Both the position numbers and the translations under genes were made by a program. Shown here one piece after another: positions 36,677-49,709 of a stretch of DNA of 64,000 bases; the stretch's first letter is position 1, and each line of letters opens with the position of its first letter. The stretch spans positions 693,401 through 757,400 of the forward strand of contig BDGG01000007.1 in the NCBI GenBank assembly GCA_001949185.1. Direction: 5' to 3'. The notes under the pieces were generated by a model, which did not search any database, was not told the origin of the DNA, and saw nothing but the letters and a program-made list of their open reading frames with translations. The DNA comes from Ramazzottius varieornatus. Taxonomy: Eukaryota > Animalia > Tardigrada.

Positions 36677-38291
36677 ATGGAATTGTTTTGGCTGATCTTA
36701 CTTGCTCTTTTGGAAAGCTGTGTTCTGATGACAGCTAAGCCTCCCCTGAGTTTGTTGCCCGAACCATCCGAAATCCCTCCTTACAAAGAGCTTTACTTCG
36801 ACCAACTACTCGACCACTTCAACTACAACAGTTTCGATCAACAAACATTCAAGCAACGCTACCTCATCTGTAACGCCTTCTGGAGACCCAATGAAGGACC
36901 TGTGTTCTTTTACACCGGTAACGAAGGCTCCATCATCAACTTTTACGGCAACACGGGATTTTTATTCGACATTGCACCGCAGTTCGGGGCTTTGATCATC
37001 TTCGCCGAACATCGTTTCTACGGACAGTCTCTTCCAGCCGGACCCATCAAGAGCTTCCGCAAACCCTACCTTGGTTTGCTGACCATCGAACAAGCTCTGG
37101 CTGACTATGCGGTCTTGTTGGACACGTTGAAGGTCGAACTGAATTTCACCGACGCACCAATCATCGCTTTTGGCGGCAGTTATGGCGGCATGTTGGCAGC
37201 CTACATGCGCCAGAAATACCCAAACATAATCGATGGAGCGTTGGCCGCCAGTTCGCCTGTTGTGTCTATTGCTGATATGGGAGATAACAGGACGTTCTTC
37301 CAAGACGTCACCAAATATTTCGCTGGTATGAAAACTCGAATAGAACTGCTTGCATGCTTTTTTTGAATGGAGTTAATTTTGTGGTCGGCTGATGGTCCAT
37401 GTCCTTCTTGTGTAGAGAACGAAGGCTGTGAAAGTCAAGTGCGAGAAGCGTTCGGTGTTATGGCCGACTTGGCTAAACAAGGCGACGACGGATATTCTAA
37501 TCTCACGCAGACCTTTCGACTTTGCAAACCTTTGGACCGTAGCCGTGGATATAAACAGTTGATTGGCTATGTCCGCAACGCTTTCGCCTCGATGGCCATG
37601 GTAAACTATCCTTATCCTGCCACGTTCCTCGCGCCATTACCAGCCTGGCCTGTCAAGGCTGCTTGCAAGCTCATTACCGAAGAAACAGATGGCGCGTTGG
37701 TCGGACTCGCGAAAGCTGCTTCCTTATTTTACCTGGTAAGAACCGACCTTCAAATACCATACAGAAGTGTTGAAGACGGATTTTATGGTTGTAGTTTTTC
37801 AGAGCGGTCAAAAATGCTTCGATATCTGGACGGAGTTCGTCGACTGCGCCGATCCAACGGGGTGTGGTACCGGCACTGACGCCACAGCATGGGACTACCA
37901 AGCTTGTACACAGATGACGTTGTCGGGAGGGACATACGGTGGAGATCAGGACATGTTCCCGTGCTTACCCTGGACGAAGGAGCTGCGAAAGGCCTACTGC
38001 AAACAGCGTTACGACGTGACACCACGAGATTCCGACCTGAGGATCGAATACTGGGGCGACGATGTGCATGCGACCTCGAACATCATATACTCGAATGGTC
38101 TTTTGGACCCATGGCATCGTGGGGGTATTCTGAAGAACGTGACTGACACGGTGGTGGCTGTGACGATTTCTGATGGAGCTCATCATCTGGATCTACGAGG
38201 AGCTGATCCGGAAGACCCGGAGTCGGTCAAAGTGGCGCGGGAACAAGAGATACAGCTGATCAAACAATTCATAGCAAGGAGGAAGAAGTGA
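36677..38291 (+). CDS. DPP7: Dipeptidyl peptidase 2 (peptidase S28), 3 exons
   Basis: FDQLLDHFN, FYTGNEG, AEHRFYG, nucleophile GGSYGGML, GCGTGTDATAWDYQAC, SNGLLDPW and GAHHLDLR motifs. Confidence 0.9.
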
Positions 38292-38436
38292 CAATATTAC
38301 AGACGAACTGTAACGTTCCACTGGTGGACAAATTTTTGAAGTGAAAGCAAGGTGCAATCAGGAACGTAATAAAGAAAAACGCGGTTGGGTCGAGCTCAAC
38401 GACACGGAGATATTTTGGTCAGCTGATGATTCCGTA

Positions 38437-38529
38437 GGTGACGTGGCCGAGTGGTCTAAGGCGCTGGTTTCAGGAGAGGTGGAGTTACCAGTCTCTTCGG
38501 GGGCATGGGTTCGAATCCCATCGTCATCA
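38437..38529 (+). tRNA. tRNA-Leu(CAG) with 11-nt intron
   Basis: Acceptor GGTGACG/CGTCATC, D-arm GCCGAGTGGTCTAAGGC, anticodon stem CTGGT/ACCAG with TT-CAG-G, insert 38475-38485, long variable arm, GGTTCGAATCC, oligo-T terminator at ~38533. Confidence 0.9.
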
Positions 38530-40402
38530 GACTTTTTGTCAATGTCTGGGTAAAATCGTCTGCCAGACTGGGTGCCCCGGATATATTACACTAAACCAAA
38601 TCACGTAGTCTTTAATGATGTTTGCCGGTTTTCAAGATTAATTCGTTTTTTAATGATGAATCAGACCTATTGGACGCCAAAACTCCATTTTCTTTCCGCA
38701 TTGGAAAGACCAATGTTTTTTGACGCCTACAGCAGTTTCTTGCCAAGGTTAATGGGTTGTGGTGGCAAAAGCAGCTCCTATTTCCGAAAGCAAGTCGTAT
38801 CAAGTTGGCGAAACCATGGCGCAGTTAATAACGTCCGATCGTTTTGTGAGGGTCGAGTAACATCTGTTCGCAATAGTTGAGCCTTTGTGCAAAGCTATCA
38901 AAAGCCATCCCCAACCCAACCAACGCGGTGTTGCAGGTGGTCCACATGCTCAGCTGTACATCCAGGCTGCTCTTATGGTCGAAGTATCGCATGATAAGGT
39001 AGCATAAAGAACTTAGATAAATACAGTACTACGAGCAAGAACATTCATGCGACGACGACTTGCATCCCGATTGTTAGTCTTTTGCATACAAAATGATAAG
39101 CCACTCTACGACGGCCACCTGTGCGTTACATATACCTCTATTCGACGCACACGCAGCAGTACCAGCACATTCACCAGAAAATGCGGTTCAAACAGCCTTC
39201 TAGCAAGAATTCCAGGTGTGACGTCGAAGTACCCTAGTCACATGAAGTAAAAAACTTTAATTGAAAGTTTTCGTCAAGGCGGAAGCCGGATTGACAAAAG
39301 CCTGGTGCACATCTGTGCACAACCTGAAAATAGGGCCAAACTAGAACAGGGCGGAGCAACACGCCAAACCTTAAGCAGAATTGTCGAGTCGACTCTACGT
39401 ATAATTCAGGTACAGTGCATCTCCCGCTGGACGAGTACTTCCGGGTACCTTTGCAACTTACTCGAGCGAACTGGATCTAGTCCAGCGCTGCACATGTGAG
39501 GTGCGATACCTGGTTATGAAAGTTACCTGTGTACCAATCTGACTGCTTTTCAAAGGCGAACGACCGGGTGCTAATGAATCTGTCCGCATTTCCGGTGGAA
39601 CCTGCCAGACGTACCCGCATCGCGCGCGAGCGGATACACGTCCTCGGTTTCTTACTATACTGTAATCAGACTTGTTGATTATTACTGGTCTTTCGCGTCA
39701 ACTGCTGCGTAGGGTTTACAGCTGGGCGCTAGGTCTTTTACATATGGACAGCTTTTCTGCTGGAGACCTTATCTCGTACTATGGTCTGATCGGATTTCAA
39801 TACGCATGATCTGTTTGTTGCCGATGCTCCAATATCTCGATCGGCTTTTCTTTTCATTCCTTGATTGGCAAAAGGTAATCAATTTGGCATGCAGTTGGAT
39901 CTACCTTGATCTGTTCCGACTTTCGAGTCGGTTTGCGAACATATCGTAACCTGAACCGTGAGCGTTTATGGTGACCGCCAATTGTTCTGTATAACTGACA
40001 CGTTCCAGCCATCCCAGATAGTACCCTTCTGGTGCTCCTACCCAATTAGTCTGTCCTGAAAAAAAAAGATTGTTCGTACGTGCGACATTATTTGATTGGA
40101 TACTGTACTAATCACAGAAAGAAAAACGACCTGCGCTTGCCCACACGTGATGAAACACCTATAGCGATGAACACACAGTATGAACCAGCCTAACGGGGTG
40201 ATGAAGGATGAGCATACATGTCATCCGATGCCGACATCACATGTTTTTGTTGTGCTTGCCAACCACTGTTTTCCAGTCCAATTATCTCCATCCAGGAATA
40301 CAGATTTGATATCTGATACGAATCTGTAAACAAAAATTGGGATGAAAAAACTATACCATCCCGTTTCTGGCAGAACCATGTTTTGATTACATTCGTCCTG
40401 CA

Positions 40403-41965
40403 ATGGAGTTCTTCTTGAACGCCAGCAACGAAACTTTCCGATTCTCGGAGATTTTTCAGCCCAACGACTCGGACACGGTTGCGAATAATGCCGGCTATCA
40501 AGTCGCCATCTTCGGCTCGGCTCTAATTGCCGTCATAATCTTCGGAGTAATCGGCAACACCATGGTGGTCGTCAGTATTCTCTGCAACAAGAAGCTCCGT
40601 AACGAAAGCATCAACTTGCTCATTGTCAGTTTGTTCGCTTCGGACTACATTATCCTCCTCCTCGACCGTCCTTTACTGGCTTACGACTTCCTGCGCCACA
40701 TTCACGGGGTTTCGAATTCCCCAAAAACCTGCATGGCGCAAACCTTCTTCGAGTCTTTGGGTATGACATCACTGATGTTGACTTTGACCATTCTCAGCTT
40801 TGAGCGGTATCTGACCATCCGACGGCCTCTGGAAGTCACCAAGAAGCGCGCACGCATCCTTCATTTTCTGCTGATATCCTGGGTGGTTAGTCTGATCTGC
40901 GGCTTAGGTGCAATCTTCGTGCCGCCTGCACAACAGAGCTTCCATCTGCGTGTTTGTCGTCACTCGACCTGGAACGCATGGGGCTACTTTGATTACTTGG
41001 CTATCCCGTTGGGGGCAATCACAACACTGTGCATCGCCGTCATGTACGCCATGATTATGCGCATGGTCCGCGTCCACGTCGCTTCGATGGCCAAGACGCT
41101 GAACAACAATGTGATGGCACAGGCTGGACCATTGTCGGAGAAGAACAGCCCAGGGACGTTGGAGATATCGGAGAAACCGCCAGAAAAGGTTACACCGGAA
41201 GTCAGTCGCCATTCAGGAGTGAAACAAGAAGGGATGGAACAGCCACCGATTTTTGTGATACCTACATTCACGTTACTGCCACCTGGCGACACCGTGCTTT
41301 CGACACTGGAGCAAAAAGCCCGAAGTAATACCTCATTGCCGCGTCTTTCTCCCGTCCAGAACGGTGCGCCTCAGCAAATTAACACAACCTGGTTACCGAA
41401 TCTGAAAACCCATACTGCTATATTTTTATTTGCAGATGTCGCTTTGACATCCGCCAGTGCGACTTCAGTCCGTCGGGTTTCCACCGCCTCCTTAGCCGGA
41501 CAACCCTCCTCCCACTCACCATCTGTTGACAAGGTTCCCTCACAAGTGGAAGTCTTCGACGAGCATGGAAACAAAACCGTTGAATCCGTAAAAACTTCTC
41601 ACTCACCAGCAGTTGGCGCAGTCTGCCGCTTCAACCCCAAGAACCGTGAAACCGCCCGACGCAAAATGGAACTAGCTACAGCCAAGAAAAGCTTAGCTAT
41701 CATAACCAGCTTCTTTTTCTGCTGGCTACCCTTACCGGTGTGTCACCTGGCACTGGAAACCCACGCGGAAGACGGAAGTTTAAGATGGTGGACGTTTATA
41801 CCCAGTGTGACTCTGACCGTTACTGGCGCTGTCAACCCGGTGGTGTACGCTTTCGCCAATCAGCAGATCAGACAAAGCGCGGTGATTTTGGGATGGGATA
41901 TACGAGAATGGTGTGTCAGACTGGTGAATTTTGCTCGCGTGGACAGGAAACACGAGATGCCGTAA
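40403..41965 (+). CDS. Rhodopsin-like (class A) GPCR with long third intracellular loop
   Basis: Seven hydrophobic segments. GN in TM1, SD in TM2, ERY, FFFCWLP, NPVVY. N-glycosylation sites at the N-terminus. Confidence 0.9.
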   Translation: MEFFLNASNETFRFSEIFQPNDSDTVANNAGYQVAIFGSALIAVIIFGVIGNTMVVVSILCNKKLRNESINLLIVSLFASDYIILLLDRPLLAYDFLRHIHGVSNSPKTCMAQTFFESLGMTSLMLTLTILSFERYLTIRRPLEVTKKRARILHFLLISWVVSLICGLGAIFVPPAQQSFHLRVCRHSTWNAWGYFDYLAIPLGAITTLCIAVMYAMIMRMVRVHVASMAKTLNNNVMAQAGPLSEKNSPGTLEISEKPPEKVTPEVSRHSGVKQEGMEQPPIFVIPTFTLLPPGDTVLSTLEQKARSNTSLPRLSPVQNGAPQQINTTWLPNLKTHTAIFLFADVALTSASATSVRRVSTASLAGQPSSHSPSVDKVPSQVEVFDEHGNKTVESVKTSHSPAVGAVCRFNPKNRETARRKMELATAKKSLAIITSFFFCWLPLPVCHLALETHAEDGSLRWWTFIPSVTLTVTGAVNPVVYAFANQQIRQSAVILGWDIREWCVRLVNFARVDRKHEMP

Positions 41966-42129
41966 TAGTGTTCGTCTAATTTTTCCATCGTAAGAATATT
42001 CAGTTTGTGCGAAGATACTGGAAAACGTTGATGAACTGCATGTCTAATGGTAAAAACGTAAATGCTTCGCAGTCGAAATTCTTTGATACAAACTTTCCGT
42101 TCCATATCCGCCCTCGTTGAGCCTTCCTT

Positions 42130-45100
42130 TTACTCAGCTGTTTTTGCGACCAACCAAAACGTTTCCATGGGTCCTTTTCCCTACAAATGAACCATCTACG
42201 AGTGTCTGTTGGAGTATCCGAGTGTCACTTTAACCTGTTTTCGTCGGGGCTGGTGTTTTACCTTTATCTCGATGACGCCCCTAGAGGTCAGGAAGTAATG
42301 GCCCTCGCGTTCCAGCAAGTCCCTCGTCGTATTACTGCACTGAAGTTTCCCAGCTGCAATCACAAATCCCTAGAGGCCTCCATGGAAGAGTAGCATTCTT
42401 TAAGCTAGCACGACAAGGTGCACTTGGGAAATCAGTGTGTTGTTGACACAAGTTGAAGCTTGGCGATCACAAACCTTCCCCCGAGGACTCCATGCGACTT
42501 GCCGTGTTGACTGTGTCCCCGAACCTGACGACAGCAAACAAAAGATATTTTAATGGAACATTTCGAGCAAAATTAATGGTGCTTACAGGCAATAGCGTGG
42601 CATTCGAACGCCGATAACTGCGGCCACACAAGGTCCTAAAATAACACATCATTAATCTTCAAGTAGATGCCGTATTATGGAAGGCACGGTATATACCGGA
42701 ATTGAGTCCCGCTCGCAGCTGCAATTTTCTGTCGTGTAAACTAGGCAAAGAGAGGGCCGAAACTTCCTTCCGTAACTGCAACGCTAAGGCAGCCATTATG
42801 GCACCATGTTGGGTTCCCACACGTTGGGGAAGTCCGCAAACCAACTACGAAGACAGGAAGAAATTAGGAACGGGGATGACCCTCCTGTATGGCTCATGAC
42901 GGTGAACAGAGAGATATTCGTACCAGGTATCCATCGTTGACAGTTTCCACTTTGTAGACCCTATACAGTTCGATGACGTGGTCGCAGGTGGCGTACAGTG
43001 TGTTCATAATTTCTATCGTAAGAAACGGCGTGGCGGCGGCTTGAATGATTTCATTGAAGTCGACGATGTGACTGAACTGTGATCAAATACACATTAGTGA
43101 TCAAATCATCGAGCAGTTTCCGAATACTTTCGCATGACATTGTGTCGCGGCGAATTTACCATAACAGTCACGTTGTCGAACACTGTAAGATATAGAAATT
43201 ATAGCCCGTGAAATAAGCAGCGTCGCCCAATGACGAACACAGTACCTTCTGGAAGCACCGCTATTCCTTTCCGTAGAGACTCGCTGACCGTCCTACAGAG
43301 AAGTGGAAAATGTGCTCTTAGGTTGCGATTGATAGTTTTGGTTGGTTGTACAACTTTACTTTGGAAGCATGCCGGCAAGTATTGCTTCCGATCTGGCTTT
43401 CTCCTCCATAAACTGTCTCAGCTTATCTTGTGCTTCGAACTCCAGCTCGGCCGAGTACTGCTCCATTCGTTTGATCAGATGGTTGACGATGTTATCGCCC
43501 GACTTGCCAACCATCTTCCACAAAGTCTCTTTGATTTTAGCGAAAGGCGGACGAAGCTCCGGATATTCTTCCCAGCAGCCTTTAACACGAAACAGGCTAA
43601 ACTTACTGCGTATACCGGTGAAAATTCTGGGCAATGACGTACTTTCCATCAAACCGTGCAACGCCGGCGTTGTCGCCGACATCGGCACCATTGGTCTCAG
43701 TGGCGGACTACTTCCGCGTTTGACTTCCAGCACCAGCTCTTTCACTCGCGCCTCGTAATCTTCCCGCTTCACTTCTTGAGTTGCTCCCTCGAAGGGCTCG
43801 CTGCGTAGCGTTAGCTGTTGGAGGATGATGGCAAAGCTATACACGTCCCCTGCAAAAATGCTTTGCTCAACATACGCTATGCTTGCCTTTGAAACATCGG
43901 TAAAACTCACCCGCTTTAGTCCCGCCATATACCGGTCTTCGCAGCAATTCTGGTGCCCGCCACAAAAGCTTCGAGAAGTCGCGGTCTGCGTCACTGTCAT
44001 CGGGTGGCGCCATATCATCCGGATCGCGGAAGTATCTTAGCCCGTAATCGGTGATTTTTATGTTGAAGCGGTTATCCACCAGGCAAGTATGAGCGGTCAA
44101 GTTTCCATGTGAGCTCACTCTTGTCGTATGCAAATACGTCATACCCTGAAGTAGGCACAACAATGTTCTGAAAAGAAAACGCAACGGTACGAAAAGCTGG
44201 AGCATGGTACATTGACGATATCTTTGATGATGGCGTTTTTGAAGTCCCAGTCGAGGTTGAGTTTGCGCTTGTCGATCAGAGTCATGACGCTGCCTTTGGA
44301 ACAAACTTCAGCGACGACCAGTTCGCACAAATTCTCATCGTTGACGGCAATACCGTAGAAGGCTTGGAGATTACTGTGCTTTATGTCTCTCATCTGAAGA
44401 GCCGAACTGGTAGAATATGCAAGAGGTGATTTTTGCCGAGGGGGAAAAACATAATTACATCAGCCAGATCCTCGATCAGTTCGGAAGTTGCCTTCTGGCA
44501 AGGCTGAGGTAGTTCCCGCAGACTGACAGGGTTGTCTCGGTAGATGGCAGTCTTGGTGAAGTACAGGTAACCGGCAATTAAACTCATGCTCGTGGTTGTC
44601 CCTATTGACAATGCGTCGTCCTACGAAATCAAGACAGCAATCAGCGGCTAACTTCATATGCTGTGGCGACAGTCTCACGCACGTTCATGGATTTCTTGCT
44701 GATCGCCTGACTTCGCATCGCGGACGTAGCGTTCAATTTATATCGAGCCACCTGCGAAACGCCGGAAAGCTCGTGCATGTAGAGACGCCACCAAAACGGA
44801 TCGCGCTGTCTGACTTGCCACCTGCGATAGAGTCCAGTTCACTTTGCTTTTGACCCAGAATCCCGTGCGACACCTACTTTTTAAACTGGATGTAGCAAAA
44901 GATGAGTGCTGCCGCCAAAACCAGGGCGGGCACGACAACGGCCAGCGCGACGTACTTCGCGGCAAGAGGCTCTGCAGAACGAATTTGGTGTCTCGATAGA
45001 AGCAGCAGATACTCGAGCAGTCGAAAACTTGATCAGTTTCTTACTTGGATCACACATCGGATCTTTGCCATCAAACCCGCACAGCGGTCTGCTGGGTGGT

Positions 45101-47523
45101 AGCTGAGTGGCATCGCCTGGCCAGTTCAGTTCCCCCAGCCTCTGCAAATTCTTACTGCGCGGCGGTAGTCCAAGGTAGTCCTACAAAACGGTTAAACCAT
45201 CCATGAATTTTGCACAGGTTGCGCCTAATCAAGAAGAGAAGCGGAAAGGGATGCATGGTGGTGTACCGCAAAAGCCAAGACATCAGGGTCGAACGTCAGG
45301 ATGACGTAAGAGAAGATTCGATCGCCGCTATCATCCAGATCGATTCGGCCATGAATGGGACTGTAGAAGGTGTAATTGGTAGTCATCAATGCCAATATCT
45401 GATTTGTGTCCAATATGTCCCCTCCAACCAAAGCCACATCGTGGATCAATGAAGCGTAATAAATGACGGCTTCGTAAAAATGACTGACAATCAGATCCAG
45501 CTGAAAAGGAGTAGTGGAGCAACGTCTCGTTCAGGACATCTCATTGTCAGATTTATTATGGTCGATACTGTCATTATTGGCTCTAGTTTCCCACCTCCTC
45601 ACGTTCGTCATAATGGAAGCTGTACGTCGTGCGCGCAGCAGAGGCCTTTTTGGCGTTGGTCTCGAAGATCTCGTAGGTTGTGGTGGTATCGGGAGTTATA
45701 GAAGTCAGAAGAAGAACTTGATAAGCCTGAGCTGCCACGTCGTCTTTCCCGTCGTGTGCTTCGTAGGTAAAGGATCCCCAATAGGCGCTTTTGTAAAGCT
45801 CAAAAGCCAAAAATACCTGGACAGAACGAGTTATAGCAGGGTCAGCAAAGTATACCCAAGGTTCGATCGGAGTCGGACATACGTAGCTGCCATTGGTGTA
45901 ACCAAGCCCGTTCGCAACGATCTGCAAGAATTTAGCCTATTTGTCAAACAGATTTCGCCCATGGGTAAATACAGTGATACTGCAATATCATGGGAAACAT
46001 CGCGTGCATCACCATTAGTCTCCTGGTGGTCGTGGCGTTGGTCATCAGAACGACCACTACAACAGAATACTGAGTCTTGGTGAGACTGATAAAGATGGTC
46101 TGCCATGAATATGGACCGTACCTCGGCTTCTGACGGTAGCGGTTACCAGCGTGGAACTCAAGTCAGCATCCGTATCCGACGCTCCGCTGATTTCGAAGAA
46201 TTTGATCTTCATTGCCAATCGATAGTTCCGCTTCAAATAACCTTGGAAGACCGTCTCCATCTCCTGGTAAAAATCGTCATCGTCATCACCGATGACCACT
46301 GGCGTGGTGTAATTCATGGCTTGCAAAAAGGTGACGATGACTTTGGCAGTGTTGACATGTGTGATAGATAAGCGGGCCATGTAGGGGTACTGCGAAGCTT
46401 CTGCATTGATACCAACACTAGCAGCTGGACAACCGATGATCGGCACGTGGAGGTAACTTGCAAAACCATACAGCGACTCCAAGTTTGCACCACAGCCTGA
46501 AACGACCGGAATTAGGGAGGCGGAAAAAAATCTCGAGATGATCGAAAAGCGGTGTGTATCGAAGCTTTATGCTTCAGCTCTGGCAGCAGTATGGCATGGC
46601 AGCATGCATTAGGTTTACTGCACCGGTACCTACCGAAAGGGAAGAAGCACACAAAACAAGGTCGCTCCGACTATCAAAATATACTGGGAAAATCATATCC
46701 TCTACGCACCCTCAGCGTTGGGACTTTTATGGATTTGCTTGGGGTTTTTGCGGTCTACTCAAACTTGCGACATCTCATTCTTTTCTGCTATGGAAATGTT
46801 TCTTCTTTCAAGTAGATTAAGTAGTATCAAGTGAAATCATAGTCTCGGTGTCAACTGGGGAAGAGCAACGGGATCTTGAAAGGCGTTGCTCCAAGTTTGC
46901 TTGAACGGACTGTAGCAACGGAAACTGCGCCACTTTAGACAACAATCTTTTCGAGATTGTTTGTCTGTCTCGCACTAGTAATCTAACCAGAGACACCTTA
47001 TACCTCACTATGCGGTTGCTCCAGGTTTACCTGGTCCAACGAAGGCGTTGCAGACTACGCCTTTGTCTTTCAACGACGACGCATACGCTACCATATGATT
47101 CCTCGCACTACACGTGCTCCCGATGTCGTAATAAGTGGTCAACAGCAGAACATTGTATTTCCGGAGCATTTCCGAGTTCGCGTAGTCTACGGCTAGGTCA
47201 ATAGCTCCGGCAGCTTTGTCGTAGTTATACAGTAGGGCATCCGACCCACGTTCGATCATCAAGCAAATGCGGAGGACCGTTTGCTGAGGGATGCTTTGTG
47301 GGTTCGACAAAGCGTCCAGCAGCCCGGCACGTTGTAAAACCTTGATATCGCTAAACTCAACCGTCCCATCGGTGTGAGCCAAAGCACCGTCTTCGTTGGT
47401 AACTTGGACCGAGTCGTCAATGGTGGTGGTGGTCATAGTTGAATCGTCACGGCCTTCAGCCATTTTTGTGCAGTAAGAAAATAGGAAGAGCGGAAAATAA
47501 TTCAAGACGAAACGACCTCGCAT
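42130..47523 (-). CDS. Receptor-type guanylyl cyclase (ANP-receptor-like), multi-exon
   Basis: ANF-receptor ectodomain, PLCGFDG, TM, kinase-homology domain (HGNL..CLVDNRFNIKITDYGL, LLWRAPELLR), coiled coil, cyclase YKVET, MPRYCLFGDTVNTASRMES, KGKGPMETFWL. Confidence 0.92.
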
Positions 47524-48343
47524 CGTGGATGAAAAAGGAACATTCTGGAAGAAGGAAAAATGACCTGGGTGTGAACCAGAAAAATGGTGATGCGGAGTTT
47601 TGAGCAAGACACGAAAAACGGGATAGTACCACGGTTTGTTTGTCCTTCTACTCAACATTGCACCATGAAATGGATTTCTTATTTTTCAGGTAGAGTGTAA
47701 ATACGTGTGTTCCTCCTCATCCTATTTATGAATATCGTGCGTTACAAGTCCGGCGTCGAACTCTTGCGAATGGTATCGATTCGTACTTCAGGTTGTTTTC
47801 ACAGTTCTTTTTAAACTCTTCTGAACAGAGCACTCTGAAAGCAACTACGTGCTGGAGCTCCTTTCAACTAATTGTTAGCTATACAAAACCAGTGACCGAC
47901 TGGTCGTTATCTCCGTTACTGATACGCCACATTTTACGCTCAATAAATCTTTTTCGGCCTATGTTCGCTGTTTGGCCTCAGAAATCGTGCAAGTCAGTGT
48001 AGAATAATCGAACATACAAAATCGAGCAGATAATTATTTCCGTCCGTTTGTTCTAAATACACATCATCATGCACTTCGACGGCAGGCGGCTACAGTGTAG
48101 GCAAATAAGGTACTTCAAAAGGGGGAGGGCCAAAAGCGAGTTTTCGACAAGTGACGTAGAAACTCCGGCTCGAAGTAATCAGCAGATCAAGCGGCAGTTC
48201 ACGTCTCTGGATTGCTTGATCAGCTGTTTGCTTTCTGCGTCACGTCGATTTTGGCCTTGCCCCCTTTTAGAGTACCTTATTTGCCTACACTGTATCTATA
48301 AGTCTGGTGGAGCCAACCATAATCTCGACGTTATTTTCTTACA

Positions 48344-49709
48344 GCCCTGAGCTGCGCAGCCTTTCCGGGAATATTTACCAGCATCCGGAGGGAAAATTTG
48401 AAGAGCGCTATGCACACGATCTTCTTACGGCATTCCTCGATAAGGAGGACTTCAAAGTACAGAAGGATTACAAGTCCCTTTCCGGAGGAACAGAATTCCG
48501 TGCGGAGTACACCAGTGCCGAGTACGATCCATCTCTGCATCCGACCATCGCAGTCATCTGTGAGTACGACGCCCTTCCTGAAATTGGTCATGCTTGCGGA
48601 CATAACCTCATTGCCGAATCCGGTATTGCAACCGGTCTTGCTGTCCGAGACGTGCTGAAGAACAATCCGGAAGTACAAGGCCAAATCGTCGTGATGAGTA
48701 CGCCCGGCGAAGAAGGTAAAAGTTTCCATGATTTTTGAGAACGTTGATCGGAAGCTCGAACTCTGTCAACGAACTCAACAAAATTGTATTTCCCAAGTGG
48801 CGCACGTTTTCGGTGTTATCGGCTGGAACTCTGCGCCACTCAGACGAACGATCAAGTGAAGGTGATTTGCCAAGCTCTCAACTATACCTTCACTATCAAT
48901 TTGTTTTGCTGTTTAGATGGCGGTGGTAAGTGTTACCTGCTCGCCAGAAGCGCGTTCGCCGATATTGATTTCGCAATGATGGTCCATCCTTTCGCCAACA
49001 ACGATCTGAAGCCCGTCATTCTTGGCGCCGATGCCTGCAACATTCACTTCCACAACAGCGACAACGCTTCTTCGCTTACCTGCCGGCCTATGGACGCCGC
49101 AGTCCAGCTGTACCAACAGATCGCCCTCTTTCGCTCGAAATTTCAGGTTGACTGGAAGGTACATGGAGTCGTGAACCCTCTTCCGGAGAAAGAATCACCT
49201 GGTCCTGGACTAATGTCGTTAGAGAAATCGACACATTCGTGGTACATGGTCCGCGCCGTCTCTCAAAAAGACTTCCACCACCTTCAGCGGAAGTTAGAAG
49301 AGTTCGCTGAGGCCGCGGCGACGTCGACGGGGTGTCGGTTGGACTTCCAGTGGGTGGAGGAGATGGAGGTGTACACCGGCATGGTTCATAACTCGACAAT
49401 GGCGAAAGTGTATCGCGAGTATTCCGAGAAAGAGGGAGTGGTGTACCCCGATAGTGCCAAGCCATTCTACGGGTCCACTGATATGGGTAATGTGTCGCTG
49501 GCAGTTCCGAGTATCACCCGGGCTTCTCGTTGGGAAAAGAAGTGATGATCCATACGAAGGACTTTGAGAAGCTGGCAGGGACGGAAGAAGCGCAGAAATG
49601 GACGTTGGTTGCGGCGAAGTCAATGGCCCTGACTTGTGTAAGGCTGTTTGCTGATGGAGAACTACGGGAGCATGTGCGAAAAGAATTCTTGAATAATCCG
49701 GCATTATAA
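48344..49709 (+). pseudogene. PM20D2: Peptidase M20 domain-containing protein 2 (PM20D2/Xaa-Arg dipeptidase), with 1-nt frameshift
   Basis: EYDALPEIGHACGHNLIAE, TPGEE|GGGK, MMVHP and GSTDMGNVS motifs. The C-terminus (HPGF..IHTKDF..AAKSMALT) continues in a shifted frame after ~49515. No clear first exon. Confidence 0.75.
48755..48879. repeat. Intronic modular palindromic repeat, copy 8
   Basis: Same family, PM20D2 intron. Confidence 0.75.

Noticed and set aside
38464-38491. UCA (Sec/opal suppressor) anticodon in TTTCAGG
   Set aside because: Register set by the D-arm and G26 gives stem CTGGT/ACCAG with loop TT-CAG-G, and the body matches Leu tRNAs.
49505-49545. Programmed ribosomal frameshift in PM20D2
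   Set aside because: No slippery heptamer at the required position; an indel or sequencing error is simpler.
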